Origin: an uncultured Acidimicrobiales bacterium | GTDB taxonomy: Bacteria > Actinomycetota > Acidimicrobiia > Acidimicrobiales > Hopanoidiivorantaceae | Direction: 5' to 3' | NCBI GenBank assembly: GCA_958295755.1 | Contig: OY282367.1 | Location: 204,294-268,293 of the forward strand | Length of the DNA stretch: 64,000 nucleotides | Part shown: positions 14,001 through 23,000 of the stretch, in pieces | Position numbering within the stretch: the first letter of the stretch is position 1 | How the letters are laid out: each line of letters starts with the position of its first letter | Position numbers and translations under genes: made by a program | The notes under the pieces: generated by a model | Databases searched by the model: none | The model's input: only the letters and a program-made list of their open reading frames with translations | Told to the model about the DNA's origin: nothing

Positions 14001-17000
14001 GTTCGCTTACTTCTCTGACACAGCTCTACTTGGGTAGTAACCTGCTCACCGGTGCTATTCCCAGCCAGCTTGGCTCGCTTACTTCTCTAACTGATCTTTA
14101 CCTAGGCGGTAACCGCTTCACTGGTTCTGTGCCCACCCAGATAGGTGCTATCACCACCCTTACTACCCTCAGCATCTGCCTCAACCAGCTCACCGGGGAT
14201 CTTCCCTCAGCTTTGCGAACAGGTGTTACGCTCTTAGGCTACCCAACTGCTGACGGCTATACCCCGATTGCTTGTCAGACCTCCGCCATTGTGTTTGATC
14301 CTGCTGATGATTTGTTTGTGACTTCTGGTGTGGCTAAGGTTTTCAGTGTTGGGGCTTATGTCTCTGACGATAGCAATACCATTACTTGTGGCGATGCTAC
14401 TAGTATTTCAAGTAATCTTGCTTCTGTCACTCGTGCTTCTGGGACTTGTGATTTCACTGTTACTTCTAATGCCTCGATCCAAGGCGATGCTAGCTTTGAT
14501 GTGCCCTTCACTTCTTCTGGTGGAAGTACTTTAAGTGGCACGGTTTCGTTCAAGATTTTTAGACTCTTAGTAACAAGTGGATGTACTGATGGTAGTTTTG
14601 TAGATCTCACAGCTAATCCCAGAGTTGCTGGTGCTGATAACGATTTGGTGGAAGATTGCCAGGCTTTGGTAGCCGCTCAGAGATCGTGGGCTAGCGAGGC
14701 GGATAATTTTGCTATTTCTGCGAGCCATCCGATCCGCACTTGGGGCTATGACTCAGGGGGCACAGCCACGAAAATAAGCACTTGGAATGGCGTGAATGTC
14801 TCAGGTGGCCGTGTTACTGGTCTCAGCGTAGTTGATATTTCAGGTTTGGACATGGCTGGTAGTATCCCTGCTGAGCTGGGCAATCTTTCCGCGCTTGTTA
14901 CTTTGGATCTTTCTGGTAATGTTCTTTCTGGTAGTATCCCTGCTGATCTGGGCGATCTTTCTAACCTTGAGAGGCTAGACCTCTCTGAGAATGTTCTTTC
15001 TGGTAGTATTCCTGCTGGGCTGGCTAGCTTGGCTCCTTCCACAGGGAGTTTGACCTATCTCGGCCTCTGCTACAACTATCTCACAGGTAATGTGCCAACA
15101 GCTCTGCGCCCGATGTTTGCCGCTGCCGTTCCTGTATCGCCCGTATATCAGCCTGTGGGTTGCCAAAACAGCCGCACACCAAGCAATACCGCTATTGCTT
15201 TGCTCTCTGCTACTGGTTGCACTGATGGCACTTTCGTAAACACCACTACTAACCCCCGGGTGAGCGGCCCTAATAACGATTTGGTAGAAGACTGCCAAGC
15301 TTTAGTAGCAATTCAAAACCACTGGGCACAAATAACCGCCAATGACAACCTCCCAACCACGTTTAGTCCTCATGGTCTACGAACCTGGGGCACAGGCGCA
15401 ACACCGGCTGAAAAGCTGATTGGTTCTTGGTTGGGCGTAACTGTTAGTCGTAGCGGGCGGGTTACGGAGTTGGGCTTTGGGACTTCTTCGCGCTCTAGAA
15501 TTTATGGTTCTATTCCTGCTGAGATCGGCAACCTCACCGCACTCACCGAACTACGGCTCAGTAACAACCGGCTTTCTGGTGCTATTCCTTCGGAGATCGG
15601 CAACCTCACCAGACTCATCTTCCTACGGCTCAGTAACAACCGGCTTTCTGGTGCTATTCCTTCGGAGATCGGCAACCTCACCAGACTCACCCAACTATGG
15701 CTCGATCGCAACAGGCTTTCTGGTACTATTCCCACTGAGATCGGCAACCTCACCTCACTCACCCGCCTAGGCCTCGGTGGCAACAGTCTTTCTGGTGCTA
15801 TTCCCACTGAGATCGGCAACCTCACCAGACTCACAGTCCTAGGCCTCTGGGGCAACAGTCTTTCTGGTGCTATTCCCACTGAGATCGGCAACCTCACCTC
15901 ACTCACCAGCCTATCGCTCAATGGCAACAGTCTTTCTGGTGCTATTCCTGTTCAGATCCGCAATCTGAGATCGCTCGACTTCCTATATCTCGATCTTAAC
16001 CGGCTTTCTGGTGCTATTCCTGCTCAGATCGGCAACCTCACCAGCCTCACCGACCTACGGCTCAATGGCAACAGGCTTTCTGGTACTATTCCTGCTGAGA
16101 TCGGCAACCTCACCTCACTCCGCACCCTACGGCTCGAAAACAACCTCCTCACTGGTTCTGTGCCCACCGCGATAGGTACTATCAGAAATCTTCGTCAGCT
16201 CGGTATCTGCAACAACCAGCTCACCGGTGACCTGCCCGTAGCACTGAGAACAGGCGTCACCCTCACCGACTATCCCACAGAGGATGGTTATACCCCGATT
16301 GCTTGTCAGAACGCAGTTTCTAATATTGTTGTTAGTCCGCCTTCTGCTATTGCTGTGGCTGCTAGCCGTTCTGTTACGGTTGATTTCGCTAGTTATGCTT
16401 CTGATGGGGATTACACCGTTTCTTGTGCCACTCCCACAACTTCTTCGTCTCTGATTAGTATTGGTGCTCCTAGTGGTTGTAGTGTTGCTATCACTGCTGG
16501 TGCTAGCACAGGTACAGCTACTGTTTCTGTGGTGTTTACTTCTACCGGTGGTGCTACCGCTACGGGCTCGTTTACCTTTGATGTGGGGGCTGCTTCTAAC
16601 ATCGTGTTTACCGCGCCGTCTGGTTTGAAGGTTGCTACTAACCGCACGAGAGTAATCAATGCGCTAGATCACGCCACAGACGGCGGCTACACGATTACTT
16701 GTGGCACTGCGACTGCTATAGACACCACAGAGCTAAACACGGTTGTGCGTGATAGCTCTGGCGATGGCTGCTCCTTTACTATCACACCAAAGGCTGTTCA
16801 AGGCACTGCTAGCTTTACTGTGCCTTTGACTTCTGATGGTGGCGATACCGAAAATGCGGTATTTTCTATAGAAGTCGGCCCCGCATCAACCTTTGCCTAC
16901 AGTCCGCCGACTGGTTTGAGTGTCGCTCGTAACCGCACTTTGGTTATTGATGCGCTGGATCAGATTACTGAAGATGTTGCCTATACGGTGTCTTGTAGTG

Positions 17001-20000
17001 ATGCTTCAGGTGTGGATGCTTCTAAGTTCACAGCTGCCAGAACTACTTCTGGTGATGGTTGTACCTTCACTGTGGATCCTGTAGATACTCTCACTCCAAG
17101 TAATCAAGGTGATGTGACTTTCACGGTTACCTTCACTTCTAGTGGGGGCACTGATACTGCTTCTAGCATTGAAGGCACCTTTACTGTAAATATCGGCCCC
17201 GACAGCACTATTTCTTATAGCGCACCTACTGGGTTGAAGTTGGGGCGTAACTTGACTTTGGTGATTAATGTGTTGGATTACGCTAGTGAAGTTAGCTCGT
17301 CTAGTTATAGCATTTCTTGTGGGGATGCTACTGGTGTGGATAACACCAAGTTGACTTCGGTTTCCCATAGCGGTTCTAGTTGTACCTTCACTGTAGACCC
17401 GGTAGATACTCTGGCTAGTGGCTCACAAGGTGATACTACTTTTGCTGTGCCTCTCGCTTCTACTGGTGGTGCTACAGCTAGTGCCACATTTACTGTAAAT
17501 GTTGGCCCTGATTCAGCTATTACGGTTAGTCCGCCTTCTGCTATTGCTGTGGCTGCTAGCCGTTCCCGCACGATTGATTTTTCAGATTACGCCACAGATG
17601 GCGACTACACCGTTTCTTGTAGTACTCCTACTACCGCGTCGTCTTTGATTTCTATTGGTACTCCTACTGGCTGTAGTGTTTTGATTACTTCTGGTGCTAG
17701 CACTGGCCAAGCTACTGTTTCTGTGGCGTTTACTTCTGATGGTGGTGCTACCGCTACGGGTTCGTTTACCTTTGATGTGGGTGCTGCTTCTGAAATTGTG
17801 TTTGTTGCGCCGTCTGGTTTGAAGGTTGGTACTAACCGCACGAGAGTGATCAATGTCTTAGATTATGCTTCTGATGGTGGCTATACGATTACTTGTGGTG
17901 CTGCGACTGCTATAGATACCACAGAGCTAAACACGGTTGTGCGTGATAGCTCTGGCAATGGCTGTTCGTTTACTATCACACCGAAGGCTGTTCAGGGTCC
18001 TGCTAGCTTTACTGTGCCACTTACCTCAGATGGTGGCGATACCGAAAATGCGGTGTTTTCTATTGAGGTTGGCCCTGTTTCAACTGTTACCTATAGTGCA
18101 CCGTCTGGGTTGTCGGTGGGGCGTAATCGTAACTTAAGCATTGATGCTTCTGGTTATGCGTCTGATTCTGGTAGCGGCTATGTGATTTCATGTTCTGATG
18201 CTGCCTCTGTTCATTCCAGGCTTACCTCAGTTACCCGCAGCGGCTGTTCTTATACCATCACACCAGATACCGCTGCCACAGCAGGTAGTGCTACATTTAC
18301 AGTTACCTTCACCTCCGATGGTGGCCATTCTGTGGATGGGACGATAGCTGTTGACATCGGCCCTGACAGCACTATTACATATATGGCACCGTCTGGGTTG
18401 GTGATAGGGCGTAACCTGACCCTTGAGATTGATGTGACAGAGCATGCTACTGAGGCGAATCCGTCTAGCTATGACATTTCTTGTGGTGATGCTTCTGGTG
18501 TGGATAGCACCAGACTAACTGGGGTAACTCACACGGGTTCTAGTTGTACTTTCACTGTTGATCCGATAAATACTCTTGCTAGCAGTTTGCAGGGCCCCAC
18601 TACTTTCACTGTGCCGGTTTCATCTACTGGTGGCCATAGTATTTCTGCTTCTTTCACAGTTGATGTTGGCCCGGATTCAAGCATTACGGTTAGTCCGCCT
18701 TCTGCTATTGCTTTGGCTGCTAGCCGTTCCCGCATGATTGATTTCTCAAGTTATGCTACTGATGCTGGCGGCTATGGAATTTCTTGTGGCACTCCTACTA
18801 CTTCTTCATCTCTGATTACTATTGGCACTCCTACTGGTTGTAGTGTTGCGATTACTGCTGGTGCTACTCAGGGGACAGCTACTGTTTCTGTGGTGTTTAC
18901 TTCTGCTGGTGGTGCTACCGCTACGGATTCATTTAGCTTTGATGTGGGTGCTGCTTCTAGCATTGCCTTCACTGCCCCGTCTGGTCTGAAAGTTGCTACT
19001 AATCGCACGAGGGTTATCAATGTCTTAGATCATGCTTCAGATGGTGGCTATACCATTACTTGTAGCACTGCGACTGCTATAGATACCACAGAGCTGCAGT
19101 CGGTGGTGCGTGATAGTTCTGGTGATGGTTGTTCGTTTACTATTACACCTAAGGCTGTCACGGGTGCTGCTAGCTTTACTGTGCCACTTACTTCTGATGG
19201 TGGCGATACTGAAAGTGCGGTGTTTGAGATTGAGGTTGGTCCGGCTTCTACTTTTGGCTACACTGCGCCGTCTGGTTTGAGTGTTGCTCGTAATCGCACT
19301 TTGGTTATTGATGCGCTGGATCAGATTACTGAAGATGCTGCTTATACGGTTACTTGTAGTGATGCTTCAGGTGTGGATGCTTCTAAGTTCACAGCTGTGC
19401 GGACTACTTCTGGTGATGGTTGTACCTTTACTGTGGATCCTGTAGATACTCTGTCAGTTGGCGATCAGGGTGCTGTGACTTTCAGGGTTACCTTTACTTC
19501 TAGTGCGGGCACTGATACCGGTTCTAGCATTGTCGGTACTTTTGCTGTAAATATCGGTCCTGACAGCACTATTTCTTATAGCGCACCTACTGGGTTGAAG
19601 TTGGGGCGTAACTTGACTTTGGTGATTAATGTGTTGGATTATGCTAGTGAGGTTAGCTCGTCTGGTTATAGCATTTCTTGTGGTGATGCTACTGGGGTGG
19701 ATAACACCAAACTCACAGGTGTAACCCACACGGGTTCTAGTTGTGTTTTCACGGTTGATCCGATTGATACTTTGGCTAGTGGCTCACAAGGTGATACTAC
19801 CTTTGCGGTGCCGCTTACTTCTACTGGTGGTGCTACAGCTAGTGCTTCTTTCACTGTAAATGTTGGCCCTGATTCTGCTATTGTTGTTGATTCGTCTAGT
19901 TCTATTGCTTTAGCTGCTAGCCGTTCCCGCACGGTTGATTTCTCAGATTACGCCACTGATGGCGACTATACCGTTTCTTGTAGTACTCCTACTACCGCGT

Positions 20001-23000
20001 CGTCTTTGATTACTATTGGCAGCCCAACTGGTTGTAGTGTTTTGATTACTTCTGGTGCTGGCACTGGTCAAGCTACTGTTTCTGTGGCGTTTACTTCTGA
20101 TGGTGGTGCTACGGCTGCGGGTTCGTTTACTTTTGATGTGGGTGCTGCTTCTAATATCGTGTTCAGTGCGCCATCTGGTTTGAAGGTTGGTACTAACCGC
20201 ACGAGAGTGATCAATGTGTTGGATTATGCTTCTGATGGCGGCTACACGATTACCTGTGGCGCTGCGACTGCTATAGACACCACAGAGCTAATGTCGGTTA
20301 CGCGTGATAGCTCTGGCGATGGCTGTTCGTTTACTATCACACCGAAGGCTGTTACGGGTCCTGCTGGCTTTACTGTGCCACTTACTTCTGATGGTGGCGA
20401 TACCGAAAATGCGGTATTTTCTATTGAGGTTGGCCCGGCTTCTACTGTTACTTATACCGCACCTACTGGGTTGTCGGTGGGGCGTAATCGTCCCTTAAGC
20501 ATTGATGCTTCTGGTTATGTATCTGAAGCTGGTAGCGGCTATGTGATTTCATGTTCTGATGCTGCTTCTGTTCATTCCAGGCTTACCTCAGTTACCCGCA
20601 GTGGCTGTTCTTATACCATCACACCAGATACAGCTGCCACAGCAGGTAGTGCTACATTTACTGTTACCTTCACCTCCGATGGTGGCCATTCTGTAGATGG
20701 GACGATAGCTGTTACCATCGGCCCTGACAGCACTATTACATATCTGGCACCGTCTGGGTTGGTGATAGGGCGTAACCTGACCCTTGAGATTGATGTGACA
20801 GATTATGCTACTGAGGCGAATCCGTCTAGCCACGACATTTCTTGTGGTGATGCTTCTGGTGTGGATAACACCAGACTAGTTGGGGTTACCCACACTGGTT
20901 CTAGTTGTACCTTCACTGTTGATCCGATTGATACTTTGGCTAGTGGTTTGCAGGGTGCCACTACTTTCACTGTGCCGGTTTCATCTACTGGCGGTCATAG
21001 TATTTCTGCTTCTTTCACGGTAAATATTGGCCCGGATTCAAGCATTACGGTTAGTCCGCCTTCTTCTATTGCTGTGGCTGCTAGCCGTTCCCGCACGGTT
21101 GATTTCTCAAGTTATGCTACTGATGCTGGCGGCTACACGATTTCTTGTGCTACTCCTACTACTTCGTCGTCTTTGATTACTATTGGTGCTCCTAGTGGTT
21201 GTAGTGTTGCGATTACTTCTGGTGCTAGTATGGGCACAGCTACTGTTTCTGTGGTGTTTACTTCTTCTGGTGGTGCTACTGCTACGGGTTCGTTTAGCTT
21301 TGATGTGGGTGCTGCTTCTAGTATTTCCTTCACTGCGCCTACTGGTCTGAAGGTTGCTACTAACCGCATGAGGGTTATCAATGTCTTAGATTATGCTTCT
21401 GATGGTGGCTACACGATTACTTGTGGTGCTGCGACTGCTGTAGATACCACAGAGCTAAACACGGTTACGCGTATCACTTCTGGCGATGGTTGTTCGTTTA
21501 CTGTCAGGCCGAAGGCTGTTCAGGGTGCTGCTAGCTTTACTGTGCCTTTGACTTCTGATGGTGGCGATACTGAAAATGCTGTGTTTGCTATTGAGGTTGG
21601 CCCGGCTTCAACTCTCAGATATTCTCCGCTGTCTGGTTTGAGTGTCGCTCGTAACCGCACCCTCAGCATTGATGCTATGGCTCAGATTACTGAAGATGCT
21701 GCCTATACGGTTACTTGTGCTGATGCTTCAGGTGTAGATACTTCTAAGTTCACAGCTACCAGAACTACTTCTGGTGATGGTTGTACTTTCACGGTGGATC
21801 CTGTAGATACTCTCACTCCAAGTAATCAGGGTGCTGTGACTTTCACGGTTACCTTTACTTCTAGTGCGGGCACAGGCACTGGTTCTAGCATTGTTGGTAC
21901 TTTTAGTGTAAATATCGGCCCTGATTCAACTATCACCTACACCGCACCGACTGGGTTGAAGGTCGGGCGTAATCGCACTTTGGTGATAGACGCTTTAGAT
22001 CACATAACTGAGAGCAGTGCCTACACAGTGTCGTGTGGTGATGCTACTGGTGTGGATAACACCAAGCTAACTAGTGTTACTCGTTCTAGTTGTACCTTCA
22101 CGGTTGATCCGATTGATAATCTGGCTAGTGGCTCACAGGGTGATACTACCTTTACTGTGCCTCTCACATCAACTGGTGGTCACACCCTAGATGCGACCTT
22201 TACTGTAAATGTTGGCCCTGATTCAACTATTAGCTATACCGCACCCACTGGGCTGTTAGTGGGGCGTAATCGCACACTAGTGATTGCTGCTTCTGCCTAT
22301 GTGTCTGAGACTGCTGGTAGTGGCTATGTGATTTCTTGTTCAGATGCGGCGAGTTTGCATTCCAGGCTTACCACTGTTGTTAGAGCTGCTAATAGCTGTA
22401 CCTATACCATCACGCCTTATGTTTTTGCTTCAGCAGGTGATGCTACATTCGCTATTACTTTCACTTCCGATGGTGGCCATACCCGAAGTGAGACGATAAC
22501 TGTTGGGATCGGCCCTGATAGCACTATTGGCTATAGCGCACCCACGCTGGGGGTTGGGCGTAATCGTACTTTGGTGATTGATGTGTTAGAGCACATAACT
22601 GAAAATGCTGCCTACACGGTGTCTTGTGGGGATGCTACAGGAGTAGATAACACCAAGTTGACTTCGGTTTCTCATACGGGTTCTAGTTGTACCTTCACTG
22701 TTGATCCGATTGATGCTCTCGCTAGCGGCTCGCAGGGTGATACTAGCTTTACTGTGCCTCTCACCTCAACTGGCGGTCACACCCGAGATGCGACCTTTAC
22801 TGTAAATGTTGGCCCTGATTCAACTCTTACCTATAGCGCGCCGACGTTGAAGGTGGGGCGGAATCGTACTTTTGTGATTAATGTGCTAGATCACATCACC
22901 GAAGATAGTGCCTATGTGGTCTCGTGTGGTGATGCTACGAGTGTGGATACTACTAGGTTGGTTTCGGTTTCTCATACGGGTTCTAGTTGTACTTTCACTG

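Noticed and set aside
15500..16200. 72-bp periodic constant/variable pattern resembling a CRISPR array (also 27800-28700)
   Set aside because: It is in-frame LRR coding sequence with a 24-aa period, the variable parts are homologous to each other, and there are no cas genes.
15500..16230. Diversity-generating retroelement as the source of LRR variability
   Set aside because: No reverse transcriptase or non-coding template repeat in the window, and the changes are not obviously adenine-restricted. A remote DGR cannot be excluded.
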